Shown: positions 23,386 to 38,500 of the stretch, piece by piece
Position numbering within the stretch: the first letter of the stretch is position 1
Layout of the letters: each line of letters starts with the position of its first letter
From: Nemertoderma westbladi
Taxonomy: Eukaryota; Animalia; Xenacoelomorpha
DNA length: 64,000 nt
Direction: 5' to 3'
Assembly: GCA_032718475.1 (NCBI GenBank)
Contig: JAUCBJ010008529.1
Span: 1 to 64,000, forward strand
Position numbers and translations under genes: made by a program
Notes under the pieces: generated by a model
Told to the model about the DNA's origin: nothing
The model's input: only the letters and a program-made list of their open reading frames with translations
The model's database searches: none

Positions 23386-23570
23386 CCGCTGCTATAGCTG
23401 CAGAGCTTCATAAAGAAGCTCTGAGAGAGAGAAGGCAACGAGAAAAAATGCTAGCTGAGCAACATGAATTAGCCATGGAGAAAATCCGAAAGTTCGGGAC
23501 GTGTTCTATCCCGCTTCGAATGTCTGTGTTGTTTGTATCAGACCAACCTGTAACAAACCGGGTAGACAAG
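23383..23570 (+). CDS. CFAP92: CFAP92-like exon D (phase 1-0)
   Basis: CGCAG acceptor and AAG|GTCAGT donor. Reads AAAIAAELHKEALRERR...SIPLRMSVLFVSDQPVTNRVDK. Confidence 0.75.
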
Positions 23571-25550
23571 GTCAGTTATGGGGCAGTTGGGGCTGCCTAA
23601 CTATTTACGGTTCAGTTATGGGGGCGGTTGGGGCTGCCTAACTATTTACGGTTCAGTTATGGGGCGGTTGGGGCTGCCTAGCTATTTACGGTTCAGTTAT
23701 GGGGCGGTTGGGGCTGCTTAACTATTTACGGTTCAGTTATGGGGTGGTTGGGGCTGCTTAACTATTTACGGTTCAGTTATGGGGGCGGTTGGGGCTGCCT
23801 AGCTATTTACGGTTCAGTTATGGGGGCGGTTGGGGCTGCCTAACTATTTACGGTTCAGTTATGGGGGCGGTTGGGGCTGCCTAACTATTTACGGTTCAGT
23901 TATGGGGCGGTTGGGGCTGCCTAGCTATTTACGGTTCAGTTATGGGGGCGGTTGGGGCTGCCTAACTATTTACGGTTCAGTTATGGGGCGGTTGGGGCTG
24001 CCTAGCTATTTACGGTTCAGTTATAGGGCGGTTGGGGCTGCCGAACTATTTACGGTTCAGTTATGGGGGCGGTTGGGGCTGCCTAACTATTTACTGTTCA
24101 GTTATGGGGGCGGTTGGGGCTGCCTAACTATTTTCGGTTCAGTTATAGGGCGGTTGGGGCTGCCGAACTATTTACGGTTCAGTTATGGGGGCGGTTGGGG
24201 CTGCCTAACTATTTACGGTTCAGTTATGGGGGCGGTTGGGGCTGCCGAACTATTTACGGTTCAGTTATGGGGGCGGTTGGGGCTGCCTAACTATTTACGG
24301 TTCAGTTATGGGGCGGTTGGGGCTGCTTAACTATTTACGGTTCAGTTATGGGGGCGGTTGGGGCTGCCTAGCTATTTACGGTTCAGTTATAGGGCGGTTG
24401 GGGCTGCCTAACTATTTACGGTTCAGTTATGGGGCGGTTGGGGCTGCTTAACTATTTACGGTTCAGTTATGGGGGCGGTTGGGGCTGCCTAACTATTTTC
24501 GGTTCAGTTATGGGGGCGGTTGGGGCTGCTTAACTATTTACGGTTTAGTTATGGGCGGTTGGGGCTGCCTAACTATTTACGGTTCAGTTATGGGGGCGGT
24601 TGGGGCTGCCGAACTATTTTCGGTTCAGTTATAGGGCGGTTGGGGCTGCTTAACTATTTACGGTTTAGTTATGGGCGGTTGAGGCTGCCTAACTATTTAC
24701 GGTTCAGTTATGGGGGCGGTTGGGGCTGCCGAACTATTTACGGTTCAGTTATGGGCGGTTGGGGCTGCCTAACTATTTACGGTTCAGTTATGGGGGCGGT
24801 TGGGGCTGCCGAACTATTTACGGTTCAGTTATGGGGGCGGTTGGGGCTGCCTAACTATTTACGGTTCAGTTATGGGCGGTTGGGGCTGCTTAACTATTTA
24901 CGGTTCAGTTATGGGCGGTTGGGGCTGCCTAACTATTTACGGTTCAGTTATGGGGGCGGTTGGGGCTGCCTAACTATTTACGGTTCAGTTATGGGGGCGG
25001 TTGGGGCTGTCTAACTATTTACGGTTCAGTTATGGGGGCGGTTGTGGCTGCCTAACTATTTACGGTTCAGTTATGGGGGCGGTTGGGGCTGCCGAACTAT
25101 TTATGGTTCAGTTATGGGTCGGTTGGGGCTGCCTAACTATGTTTACGGTTCAGTTATGGGCGGTTGGGGCTGCCTAACTATTTACGGTTCAGTTATGGGG
25201 GCGGTTGGGGCTGCCTAACTATGTTTACGGTTCAGTTATGGGCGGTTGGGGCTGCCTAACTATTTACGGTTCAGTTATGGGGCGGTTGGGGCTGCCTAGC
25301 TATTTACGGTTCAGTTATGGGGGCGGTTGGGGCTGCCTAACTATTTTCGGTTCAGTTATAGGGCGGTTGGGGCTGCCGAACTATTTACGGTTCAGTTATG
25401 GGGGCGGTTGGGGCTGCCTAACTATTTACGGTTCAGTTATGGGGGCGGTTGGGGCTGCCGAACTATTTATGGTTCAGTTATGGGTCGGTTGGGGCTGCCT
25501 AACTATTTACGGTTCAGTTATGGGGCGGTTGGGGCTGCCTAACTATTTAC
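23571..25550. repeat. 39-41 bp G-rich intronic minisatellite, about 49 copies, starting at the donor site
   Basis: Unit GTTCAGTTATG(3-5)CGGTTGGGGCTGCCTAACTATTTACG. Confidence 0.97.
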
Positions 25551-26040
25551 ATCATACCACCCAATAACAAATTCGGTTCTCAAAGTAAATTATTGGTTGA
25601 TTCGAGCTGCCCTAACTATTTTTCTCAAGCTAGAAACAAGTAATAAATGAAGATAAAGTTAAATATTACATTACATACAATTATTACTGTTATCAAATTA
25701 CTGAATTAATATTTATTACTGCTAATAGTACTAAATAATGTTTACATTATCTAAACAATTTAGAAATAACATCAGAAATTTTCCAGGCACAATAATTGCA
25801 ATATTAAAAAACAACATTAGGTCTTTGTATGTATTATAAAGTAAATAAAGAAGCAAAACAATAATCTAATTATAAATAATATAAATGAACATGGAGTTTA
25901 GTCTAGCCTCCACATGGGTGTATGGGTAATGGATGTGGATGGGGAGTATACGTCATGGACATTGCTGTACAGGATGAAGGCCATGTTGCGATAACGATGC
26001 AACATAAATTAATACTAAAAGTTAATTTTTCTCCCTCTAG

Positions 26041-26187
26041 GCTTGTGCCACCGTTGCCGACGCTTTCTTCTCCGTATCTCTCGACTCACCATTAATGTCT
26101 CCAACGCAACAGTCCCAACTCAACCCACTCACTATAAAAATTCGCCACGCCAGTAATATGCCAAATACTCCCTTAGCATACCAGCAG
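26041..26187 (+). CDS. CFAP92: CFAP92-like exon E (phase 0-0)
   Basis: CTCTAG acceptor and CAG|GTCAGT donor. Reads PLMSPTQQSQLNPLTIKIRHASNMP; the LNPLTIKI motif is as I recall for CFAP92/KIAA1257. Confidence 0.85.
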
Positions 26188-26345
26188 GTCAGTAAAGGTC
26201 TAATATTAGAATTACAGTACGATCAGCAAATAATACATTGGATAATGTGAATAAATAAGTTATTGCTGAAGACAGCGCAGGTTTTCCATTAACTTTATGT
26301 TGTTTGTTTTATTTGTTATTTTATTTTTTTAATTGCACTGTTTAG

Positions 26346-26564
26346 TTACGAGAATCTTGCCATCTGGCAACCGTTCAATACGAAATAATGGGTCTGCCAA
26401 TTCACCGTAGTCAAGGGAAACCGCAAGATCGAGAAATATATTGGGATGATGTAAACGTTGTGTTACTTGGATCCATCAATGGAATGCGACTGAGGGAAAA
26501 TCTTTTGGGCCCCCCACTACTTGTAGAAGTTCATGATAGGGACAGTAAAGTTCAAAGTAAACCT
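26346..26564 (+). CDS. CFAP92: CFAP92-like exon F (phase 0-0)
   Basis: TTTAG acceptor and GTGAGT donor. Reads LRESC...IYWDDVNVVLLG...LRENLLGPPLLVEVHDRD, a characteristic family motif. Confidence 0.87.
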
Positions 26565-29500
26565 GTGAGTTACTAGTTGAGACTACAGCAGTAAGTTACT
26601 AAAGTTCAGACTACAGCAGTAAGTTACTAAAGTTCAGACTACAGCAGTAAATTACTAAAGTTTATCCCTAGCAATAAGTTACTAAAGTTCAGACTACAGC
26701 AGTAAATTACTAAAGTTCATCCCTAGCAATAAGTTACTAAAGTTTAGACTACAGCAGTAAATTACTAAAGTTCATCCCTAGCAATAAGTTACTAAAGTTC
26801 ATCCCTATCAATAAGTTACTAAAGTTCAGACTACAGCAGTAAATTACTAAAGTTCATCCCTAGCAATAAGTTACTAAAGTTCAGACTACAGCAGTAAATT
26901 ACTAAAGTTCATCCCTAGCAATAAGTTACTAAAGTTCATCCCTAGCAATAAGTTACTAAAGTTCATCCCTAGCAATACGTTACTAAAGTTCAGACTACAG
27001 CAGTAAATTACTAAAGTTCATCCCTAGCAATAAGATACTAAAGTTTAGACTACAGCAGTAAATTACTAAAGTTCATCCCTAGCAATAAATTACTAAAGTT
27101 CATCCCTAGCAATAAGTTACTAAAGTTCAGACTACAGCAGTAAATTACTAAAGTTCATCCCTAGCAATAAGTTACTAAAGTTCAGACTACAGCAGTAAAT
27201 TACTAAAGTTCATCCCTAGCAATAAGTTACTAAAGTTCAGACTACAGCAGTAAATTACTAAAGTTCATCCCTAGCAATAAGTTACTAAAGTTCATCCCTA
27301 GCAATAAGTTACTAAAGTTCAGACTACAGCAGTAAATTACTAAAGTTCATCCCTAGCAATAAGTTACTAAAGTTCAGACTACAGCAGTAAATTACTAAAG
27401 TTCATCCCTAGCAATAAGTTACTAAAGTTCAGACTACAGCAGTAAATTACTAAAGTTCAGACTACAGCAGTAAATTACTAAAGTTCATCCCTAGCAATAA
27501 GTTACTAAAGTTCATCCCTAGCAATAAGTTACTAAAGTTCATCCCTAGCAATAAGTTACTAAAGTTCAGACTACAGCAGTAAATTACTAAAGTTCATCCC
27601 TAGCAATAAGTTACTAAAGTTCATCCCTAGCAATAAGTTACTAAAGTTCAGACTACAGCAGTAAATTACTAAAGTTCATCCCTAGCAATAAGTTACTAAA
27701 GTTCAGACTACAGCAGTAAATTACTAAAGTTCATCCCTAGCAATAAATTACTAAAGTTCATCCCTAGCAATAAGTTACTAAAGTTCAGACTACAGCAGTA
27801 AATTACTAAAGTTCATCCCTAGCAATAAGTTACTAAAGTTCAGACTACAGCAGTAAATTACTAAAGTTCATCCCTAGCAATAAGTTACTAAAGTTCATCC
27901 CTAGCAATAAGTTACTAAAGTTCAGACTACAGCAGTAAATTACTAAAGTTCAAACTACAGCAGTAAATTACTAAAGTTCATCCCTAGCAATAAGTTACTA
28001 AAGTTCAGACTACAGCAGTAAATTACTAAAGTTCATCCCTAGCAATAAATTACTAAAGTTCAGATTAAAGCAGTAAGTTACTAAAGTTCATCCCTAGCAA
28101 TAAGTTACTAAAGTTCATCCCTAGCAATAAGTTACTAAAGTTCATCCCTAGCAATAAGTTACTAAAGTTCAGACTACAGCAATAAGTTACTAAAGTTCAT
28201 CCCTAGCAATAAGTTACTAAAGTTCAGACTACAGCAGTAAATTACTAAAGTTCATCCCTAGCAATAAATTACTAAAGTTCAGATTAAAGCAGTAAGTTAC
28301 TAAAGTTCATCCCTAGCAATAAGTTACTAAAGTTCATCCCTAGCAATAAGTTACTAAAGTTCATCCCTAGCAATAAATTACTAAAGTACAGATTAAAGAA
28401 GTATGTTACTAAAGTTCAAAACTAAACCAGTGAGTTACTAAAGTTCATCCCTAGCAATAAGTTACTAAAGTTCAGACTACAGCAGTAAATTACTAAAGTT
28501 CAGACTACAGCAGTAAATTACTAAAGTTCAGACTACAGTAGTAAATTACTAAAGTTCATCCCTAGCAATAAGTTACTAAAGTTCAGACTACAGCAGTAAA
28601 TTACTAAAGTTCATCCCTAGCAATAAGTTACTAAAGTTCAGACTACAGCAGTAAATTACTAAAGTTCATCCCTAGCAATAAATTTCTAAAGTTCAGATTA
28701 AAGCAGTAAGTTACTAAAGTTCATCCCTAGCAATAAATTACTAAAGTACAGATTAAAGAAGTATGTTACTAAAGTTCAAAACTAAACCAGTGAGTTACTA
28801 AAGTTCATCCCTAGCAATAAGTTACTAAAGTTCAGACTACAGCAGTAAATTACTAAAGTTCATCCCTAGCAATAAATTACTAAAGTACAGATTAAAGAAG
28901 TATGTTACTAAAGTTCAAAACTAAACCAGTGAGTTACTAAAGTTCATCCCTAGCAATAAGTTACTAAAGTTCATCCCTAGCAATAAGTTACTAAAGTTCA
29001 GACTACAGCAGTAAATTACTAAAGTTCATCCCTAGCAATAAGTTACTAAAGTTCATCCCTAGCAATAAGTTACTAAAGTTCAGACTACAGCAGTAAATTA
29101 CTAAAGTTCAGATTAAAGCAGTAAGTTACTAAAGTACAGATTAAAGAAGTATGTTACTAAAGTTCAAAACTAAACCAGTGAGTTACTAAAGTTCATCCCT
29201 AGCAATAAGTTACTAAAGTTCATCCCTAGCAATAAGTTACTAAAGTTCATCCCTAGCAATAAATTACTAAAGTTCATCCCTAGCAATAAGTTACTAAAGT
29301 TCAGACTACAGCAGTAAATTACTAAAGTTCATCCCTAGCAATAAGTTACTAAAGTTCAGACTACAGCAGTAAATTACTAAAGTTCATCCCTAGCAATAAG
29401 TTACTAAAGTTCATCCCTAGCAATAAATTACTAAAGTTCATCCCTAGCAATAAGTTACTAAAGTTTAGACTACAGCAGTAAATTACTAAAGTTCATCCCT

Positions 29501-32500
29501 AGCATAAGTTACTAAAGTTTAGACTACAGCAGTAAATTACTAAAGTTTATCCCTAGCAATAAGTTACTAAAGTTCAGACTACAGTAGTAAATTACTAAAG
29601 TTCATCCCTAGCAATAAGTTACTAAAGTTCAGACTACAGCAGTAAATTACTAAAGTTCATCCCTAGCAATAAGTTACTAAAGTTCAGACTACAGCAGTAA
29701 ATTACTAAAGTTCATCCCTAGCAATAAGTTACTAAAGTTCATCCCTAGCAATAAGTTACTAAAGTTCAGACTACAGCAGTAAATTACTAAAGTTCATCCC
29801 TAGCAATAAGTTACTAAAGTTCAGACTACAGTAGTAAATTACTAAAGTTCATCCCTAGCAATAAGTTACTAAAGTTCAGACTACAGCAGTAAATTACTAA
29901 AGTTCATCCCTAGCAATAACTTACTAAAGTTCAGACTACAGCAGTAAATTACTAAAGTTCATCCCTAGCAATAACTTACTAAAGTTCATCCCTAGCAATA
30001 AGTTACTAAAGTTCAGACTACAGCAGTAAATTACTAAAGTTCATCCCTAGCAATAAGTTACTAAAGTTCAGACTACAGCAGTAAATTACTAAAGTTCATC
30101 CCTAGCAATAAGTTACTAAAGTTCAGACTACAGCAGTAAATTACTAAAGTTCATCCCTAGCAATAAGTTACTAAAGTTCAGACTACAGCAGTAAATTACT
30201 AAAGTTCATCCCTAGCAATAAGTTACTAAAGTTCAGACTACAGCAGTAAATTACTAAAGTTCATCCCTAGCAATAAGTTACTAAAGTTCAGACTACAGCA
30301 GTAAATTACTAAAGTTCATCCCTAGCAATAAGTTACTAAAGTTCATCCCTAGCAATAAGTTACTAAAGTTCAGACTACAGCAGTAAATTACTAAAGTTCA
30401 TCCCTAGCAATAAGTTACTAAAGTTCAGACTACAGCAGTAAATTACTAAAGTTCATCCCTAGCAATAAGTTACTAAAGTTCAGACTACAGCAGTAAATTA
30501 CTAAAGTTCATCCCTAGCAATAAGTTACTAAAGTTCATCCCTAGCAATAAGTTACTAAAGTTCAGACTACAGCAGTAAATTACTAAAGTTCATCCCTAGC
30601 AATAAGTTACTAAAGTTCAGACTACAGCAGTAAATTACTAAAGTTCATCCCTAGCAATAAATTACTAAAGTTCATCCCTAGCAATAAGTTACTAAAGTTC
30701 AGACTACAGCAGTAAATTACTAAAGTTCATCCCTAGCAATAAGTTACTAAAGTTCAGACTACAGCAGTAAATTACTAAAGTTCATCCCTAGCAATAAGTT
30801 ACTAAAGTTCATCCCTAGCAATAAGTTACTAAAGTTCAGACTACAGCAGTAAATTACTAAAGTTCATCCCTAGCAATAAGTTACTAAAGTTCATCCCTAG
30901 CAATAAGTTACTAAAGTTCAGACTACAGCAGTAAACTAAAGTTCATCCCTAGCAATAAGTTACTAAAGTTCATCCCTAGCAATAAGTTACTAAAGTTCAG
31001 ACTACAGCAGTAAATTACTAAAGTTCATCCCTAGCAATAAGTTACTAAAGTTCATCCCTAGCAATAAGTTACTAAAGTTCAGACTACAGCAGTAAATTAC
31101 TAAAGTTCATCCCTAGCAATAAGTTACTAAAGTTCAGACTACAGCAGTAAATTACTAAAGTTCATCCCTAGCATAAGTTACTAAAGTTCAGACTACAGCA
31201 ATAAATTACTAAAGTTCAGACTACAGCAGTAAATTACTAAAGTTCATCCCTAGCAATAAGTTACTAAAGTTCAGACTACAGCAGTAAATTACTAAAGTTC
31301 ATCCCTAGCAATAAGTTACTAAAGTTCAGACTACAGCAGTAAATTACTAAAGTTCATCCCTAGCAATAAGTTACTAAAGTTCAGACTACAGCAGTAAATT
31401 ACTAAAGTTCAGATTAAAGCAGTAAGTTACTAAAGTACAGATTAAAGAAGTATGTTACTAAAGTTCAAAACTAAACCAGTGAGTTACTAAAGTTCATCCC
31501 TAGCAATAAGTTACTAAAGTTCAGACTACAGCAGTAAATTACTAAAGTTCAGATTAAAGCAGTAAGTTACTAAAGTACAGATTAAAGAAGTATGTTACTA
31601 AAGTTCAAAACTAAACCAGTGAGTTACTAAAGTTCATCCCTAGCAATAAGTTACTAAAGTTCAGACTACAGCAGTAAATTACTAAAGTTCAGACTACATC
31701 AGTAAATTACTAAAGTTCAGATTAAAGCAGTAAGTTACTAAAGTACAGATTAAAGAAGTATGTTACTAAAGTTCAAAACTAAACCAGTGAGTTACTAAAG
31801 TTCATCCCTAGCAATAAGTTACTAAAGTTCAGATTAAAGCAGTAAGTTACTAAAGTACAGATTAAAGAAGTATGTTACTAAAGTTCAAAACTAAACCAGT
31901 GAGTTACTAAAGTTCATCCCTAGCAATAAGTTACTAAAGTTCAGACTACAGCAATAAATTACTAAAGTTCATCCCTAGCAATAAGTTACTAAAGTTCATC
32001 CCTAGCAATAAGTTACTAAAGTTCAACGCCGTCAGTAAGTTAATAAAATGCACCCCAGTCATTGAGTTACTAAAGTTCAGACTACAGCAGTAAATTACTA
32101 AAGTTCATCCCTAGCAATAAGTTACTAAAGTTCAGACTACAGCAGTAAATTACTAAAGTTCAGATTAAAGCAGTAAGTTACTAAAGTACAGATTAAAGAA
32201 GTATGTTACTAAAGTTCAAAACTAAACCAGTGAGTTACTAAAGTTCATCCCTAGCAATAAGTTACTAAAGTTCAGACTACAGCAATAAATTACTAAAGTT
32301 CATCCCTAGCAATAAGTTACTAAAGTTCATCCCTAGCAATAAGTTACTAAAGTTCAACGCCGTCAGTAAGTTAATAAAATGCACCCCAGTCATTGAGTTA
32401 CTAAAGTTCAGACTACAGCAGTAAATTACTAAAGTTCATCCCTAGCAATAAGTTACTAAAGTTCAGACTACAGCAGTAAATTACTAAAGTTCAGATTAAA

Positions 32501-35500
32501 GCAGTAAGTTACTAAAGTACAGATTAAAGAAGTATGTTACTAAAGTTCAAAACTAAACCAGTGAGTTACTAAAGTTCATCCCTAGCAATAAGTTACTAAA
32601 GTTCATCCCTAGCAATAAGTTACTAAAGTTCATCCCTAGCAATAAATTACTAAAGTTCATCCCTAGCAATAAGTTACTAAAGTTCAGACTACAGCAGTAA
32701 ATTACTAAAGTTCATCCCTAGCAATAAGTTACTAAAGTTCAGACTACAGCAGTAAATTACTAAAGTTCATCCCTAGCAATAAGTTACTAAAGTTTAGACT
32801 ACAGCAGTAAATTACTAAAGTTCATCCCTAGCAATAAGTTACTAAAGTTCATCCCTATCAATAAGTTACTAAAGTTCAGACTACAGCAGTAAATTACTAA
32901 AGTTCATCCCTAGCAATAAGTTACTAAAGTTCAGACTACAGCAGTAAATTACTAAAATTCACCCCTAGCAATGAGTTACTAAAGTTCAGACTACAGCAGT
33001 AAGTTACTAAAGTTCAGACTACAGCAGTAAGTTACTAAAGTTCAGACTACAGCAGTAAATTACTAAAGTTCATCCCTAGCAATAAGTTACTAAAGTTCAG
33101 ACTACAGCAGTAAATTACTAAAATTCACCCCTAGCAATGAGTTACTAAAGTTCAGACTACAGCAGTAAATTACTAAAGTTCATCCCTAGCAATAAGTTAC
33201 TAAAGTTCAGACTACAGCAGTAAATTACTAAAGTTCATCCCTAGCAATAAGTTACTAAAGTTCAGACTACAGCAGTAAGTTACTAAAGTTCAGACTACAG
33301 CAGTAAATTACTAAAATTCACCCCTAGCAATGAGTTACTAAAGTTCAGACTACAGCAGTAAATTACTAAAGTTCATCCCTAGCAATAAGTTACTAAAGTT
33401 CAGACTACAGCAATAAATTACTAAAGTTCATCCCTAGCAATAAGTTACTAAAGTTCATCCCTAGCAATAAGTTACTAAAGTTCAGATTAAAGCAGTAAGT
33501 TACTAAAGTACAGATTAAAGAAGTATGTTACTAAAGTTCAAAACTAAACCAGTGAGTTACTAAAGTTCATCCCTAGCAATAAGTTACTAAAGTTCAACGC
33601 CGTCAGTAAGTTAATAAAATGCACCCCAGTCATTGAGTTACTAAAGTTCAGACTACAGCAGTAAATTACTAAAATTCACCCCTAGCAATAAGTTACTTAA
33701 GTTCAGACTACAGCAGTAAATTACTAAAGTTCATCCCTAGCATAAGTTACTAAAGTTCAGACTACAGCAGTAAATTACTAAAGTTCATCCCTATCAATAA
33801 GTTACTTAAGTTCAGACTACAGCAGTAAATTACTAAAATTCACCCCTAGCAATAAGTTACTTAAGTTCAGACTACAGCAGTAAATTACTAAAGTTCATCC
33901 CTAGCATAAGTTACTAAAGTTCAGACTACAGCAGTAAATTACTAAAGTTCATCCCTAGCAATAAGTTACTAAAGTTCAGACTACAGCAGTAAGTTACTAA
34001 AGTTCAGACTACAGCAGTAAGTTACTAAAGTTCAGACTACAGCAGTAAATTACTAAAATTCACCCCTAGCAATGAGTTACTAAAGTTCAGACTACAGCAG
34101 TAAATTACTAAAGTTCATCCCTAGCAATAAGTTACTAAAGTTCAGACTACAGCAATAAATTACTAAAGTTCATCCCTAGCAATAAGTTACTAAAGTTTAG
34201 ACTACAGCAGTAAATTACTAAAGTTCATCCCTAGCAATAAGTTACTAAAGTTCAGACTACAGCAGTAAGTTACTAAAGTTCAGACTACAGCAGTAAATTA
34301 CTAAAGTTCATCCCTAGCAATAAGTTACTAAAGTTCAGACTACAGCAATAAATTACTAAAGTTCATCCCTAGCAATAAGTTACTAAAGTTTAGACTACAG
34401 CAATAAATTACTAAAGTTCATCCCTAGCAATAAGTTACTAAAGTTCATCCCTAGCAATAAGTTACTAAAGTTCAGACTACAGCAATAAATTACTAAAGTT
34501 CATCCCTAGCAATAAGTTACTAAAGTTCAGACTACAGCAGTAAATTACTAAAGTTCATCCCTAGCAATAAGTTACTAAAGTTCAGACTACAGCAATAAAT
34601 TACTAAAGTTCATCCCTAGCAATAAATTACTAAAGTACAGATTAAAGAAGTATGTTACTAAAGTACAGATTAAAGAAGTATGTTACTAAAGTTCAAAACT
34701 AAACCAGTGAGTTACTAAAGTTCATCCCTAGCAATGAGTTACTAAAGTTCAGACTACAGCAGTAAATTACTAAAGTTCATCCCTAGCAATAAGTTACTAA
34801 AGTTCAGACTACAGCAATAAATTACTAAAGTTCATCCCTAGCAATAAGTTACTAAAGTTCAGACTACAGCAGTAAATTACTAAAGTTCATCCCTAGCAAT
34901 AAGTTACTAAAGTTCAGACTACAGCAGTAAATTACTAAAGTTCATCCCTAGCAATAAGTTACTAAAGTTCAGACTACAGCAGTAAATTACTAAAGTTCAT
35001 CCCTAGCAATAAGTTACTAAAGTTCAGACTACAGCAGTAAGTTACTAAAGTTCATCCCTAGCAATAAGTTACTAAAGTTCAGACTACAGCAGTAAGTTAC
35101 TAAAGTTCAGACTACAGCAGTAAATTACTAAAGTTCATCCCTAGCAATAAGTTACTAAAGTTCAGACAACAGCAATAAATTACTAAAGTTCATCCCTAGC
35201 AATAAGTTACTAAAGTTCAGACTACAGCAGTAAATTACTAAAGTTCATCCCTAGCAATAAGTTACTAAAGTTCAGACTACAGCAGTAAGTTACTAAAGTT
35301 CAGACTACAGCAGTAAATTACTAAAGTTCATCCCTAGCAATAAGTTACTAAAGTTCAGACTACAGCAATAAATTACTAAAGTTCATCCCTAGCAATAAGT
35401 TACTAAAGTTCAGACTACAGCAATAAATTACTAAAGTTCATCCCTAGCAATAAGTTACTAAAGTTCAGACTACAGCAGTAAGTTACTAAAGTTCAGACTA

Positions 35501-38500
35501 CAGCAGTAAATTACTAAAGTTCATCCCTAGCAATAAGTTACTAAAGTTCAGACTACAGCAATAAATTACTAAAGTTCATCCCTAGCAATAAGTTACTAAA
35601 GTTTAGACTACAGCAGTAAATTACTAAAGTTCATCCCTAGCAATAAGTTACTAAAGTTCAGACTACAGCAATAAATTACTAAAGTTCATCCCTAGCAATA
35701 AGTTACTAAAGTTTAGACTACAGCAGTAAATTACTAAAGTTCATCCCTAGCAATAAGTTACTAAAGTTCAGATTAAAGAAGTATGTTACTAAAGTACAGA
35801 TTAAAGAAGTATGTTACTAAAGTTCATCCCTAGCAATAAGTTACTAAAGTTCAGACTACAGCAGTAAATTACTAAAGTTCATCCCTAGCAATAAGTTACT
35901 AAAGTTCAGACTACAGCAATAAATTACTAAAGTTCATCCCTAGCAATAAGTTACTAAAGTTCAGACTACAGCAATAAATTACTAAAGTTCATCCCTAGCA
36001 ATAAGTTACTAAAGTTCAGACTACAGCAGTAAGTTACTAAAGTTCAGACTACAGCAGTAAATTACTAAAGTTCATCCCTAGCAATAAGTTACTAAAGTTC
36101 AGACTACAGCAATAAATTACTAAAGTTCATCCCTAGCAATAAGTTACTAAAGTTTAGACTACAGCAGTAAATTACTAAAGTTCATCCCTAGCAATAAGTT
36201 ACTAAAGTTCAGATTAAAGAAGTATGTTACTAAAGTACAGATTAAAGAAGTATGTTACTAAAGTTCAAAACTAAACCAGTGAGTTACTAAAGTTCATCCC
36301 TAGCAATAAGTTACTAAAGTTCATCCCTAGCAATAAGTTACTAAAGTTCAGACTACAGCAGTAAATTACTAAAGTTCATCCCTAGCAATAAGTTACTAAA
36401 GTTCAGATTAAAGCAGTAAATTACTAAAGTTCATCCCTAGCAATAAGTTACTAAAGTTCAGACTACAGCAATAAATTACTAAAGTTCATCCCTAGCAATA
36501 AGTTACTAAAGTTCAGACTACAGCAATAAATTACTAAAGTTCATCCCTAGCAATAAATTACTAAAGTTCAGATTAAAGCAGTAAATTACTAAAGTTCATC
36601 CCTAGCAATAAGTTACTAAAGTTCAGACTACAGCAATAAATTACTAAAGTTCATCCCTAGCAATAAGTTACTAAAGTTCAGACTACAGCAATAAATTACT
36701 AAAGTTCATCCCTAGCAATAAGTTACTAAAGTTCAGATTAAAGCAGTAAATTACTAAAGTTCATCCCTAGCAATAAGTTACTAAAGTTCAGACTACAGCA
36801 ATAAATTACTAAAGTTCATCCCTAGCAATAAGTTACTAAAGTTCAGACTACAGCAATAAATTACTAAAGTTCATCCCTAGCAATAAGTTACTAAAGTTCA
36901 GACTACAGCAATAAATTACTAAAGTTCATCCCTAGCAATAAGTTACTAAAGTTCAGACTACAGCAGTAAATTACTAAAGTTCATCCCTAGCAATAAGTTA
37001 CTAAAGTTCAGACTACAGCAATAAATTACTAAAGTTCATCCCTAGCAATAAGTTACTAAAGTTCAGACTACAGCAGTAAGTTACTAAAGTACAGATTAAA
37101 GAAGTATGTTACTAAAGTACAGATTAAATAAGTATGTTACTAAAGTTCATCCCTAGCAATGAGTTACTAAAGTTCAGACTACAGCAGTAAATTACTAAAG
37201 TTCATCCCTAGCAATAAGTTACTAAAGTTCAGACTACAGCAATAAATTACTAAAGTTCATCCCTAGCAATAAGTTACTAAAGTTCAGACTACAGCAGTAA
37301 GTTACTAAAGTTCAGACTACAGCAGTAAATTACTAAAGTTCATCCCTAGCAATAAGTTACTAAAGTTCAGACTACAGCAATAAATTACTAAAGTTCATCC
37401 CTAGCAATAAGTTACTAAAGTTTAGACTACAGCAGTAAATTACTAAAGTTCATCCCTAGCAATAAGTTACTAAAGTTCAGATTAAAGAAGTATGTTACTA
37501 AAGTACAGATTAAAGAAGTATGTTACTAAAGTTCAAAACTAAACCAGTGAGTTACTAAAGTTCATCCCTAGCAATAAGTTACTAAAGTTCATCCCTAGCA
37601 ATAAGTTACTAAAGTTCAGACTACAGCAGTAAATTACTAAAGTTCATCCCTAGCAATAAGTTACTAAAGTTCAGATTAAAGCAGTAAATTACTAAAGTTC
37701 ATCCCTAGCAATAAGTTACTAAAGTTCAGACTACAGCAATAAATTACTAAAGTTCATCCCTAGCAATAAGTTACTAAAGTTCAGACTACAGCAATAAATT
37801 ACTAAAGTTCATCCCTAGCAATAAATTACTAAAGTTCAGATTAAAGCAGTAAATTACTAAAGTTCATCCCTAGCAATAAGTTACTAAAGTTCAGACTACA
37901 GCAATAAATTACTAAAGTTCATCCCTAGCAATAAGTTACTAAAGTTCAGACTACAGCAATAAATTACTAAAGTTCATCCCTAGCAATAAGTTACTAAAGT
38001 TCAGATTAAAGCAGTAAATTACTAAAGTTCATCCCTAGCAATAAGTTACTAAAGTTCAGACTACAGCAATAAATTACTAAAGTTCATCCCTAGCAATAAG
38101 TTACTAAAGTTCAGACTACAGCAATAAATTACTAAAGTTCATCCCTAGCAATAAGTTACTAAAGTTCAGACTACAGCAATAAATTACTAAAGTTCATCCC
38201 TAGCAATAAGTTACTAAAGTTCAGACTACAGCAGTAAATTACTAAAGTTCATCCCTAGCAATAAGTTACTAAAGTTCAGACTACAGCAATAAATTACTAA
38301 AGTTCATCCCTAGCAATAAGTTACTAAAGTTCAGACTACAGCAGTAAGTTACTAAAGTACAGATTAAAGAAGTATGTTACTAAAGTACAGATTAAATAAG
38401 TATGTTACTAAAGTTCATCCCTAGCAATGAGTTACTAAAGTTCAGACTACAGCAGTAAATTACTAAAGTTCATCCCTAGCAATAAGTTACTAAAGTTCAG

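Noticed and set aside
17343-25567. Repetitive ORFs MARYTGYLLLH... and MGLPNYLRFSY...
   Set aside because: These are translations of intronic satellites. Frequent stop-creating variants and G-run indels show no frame conservation.
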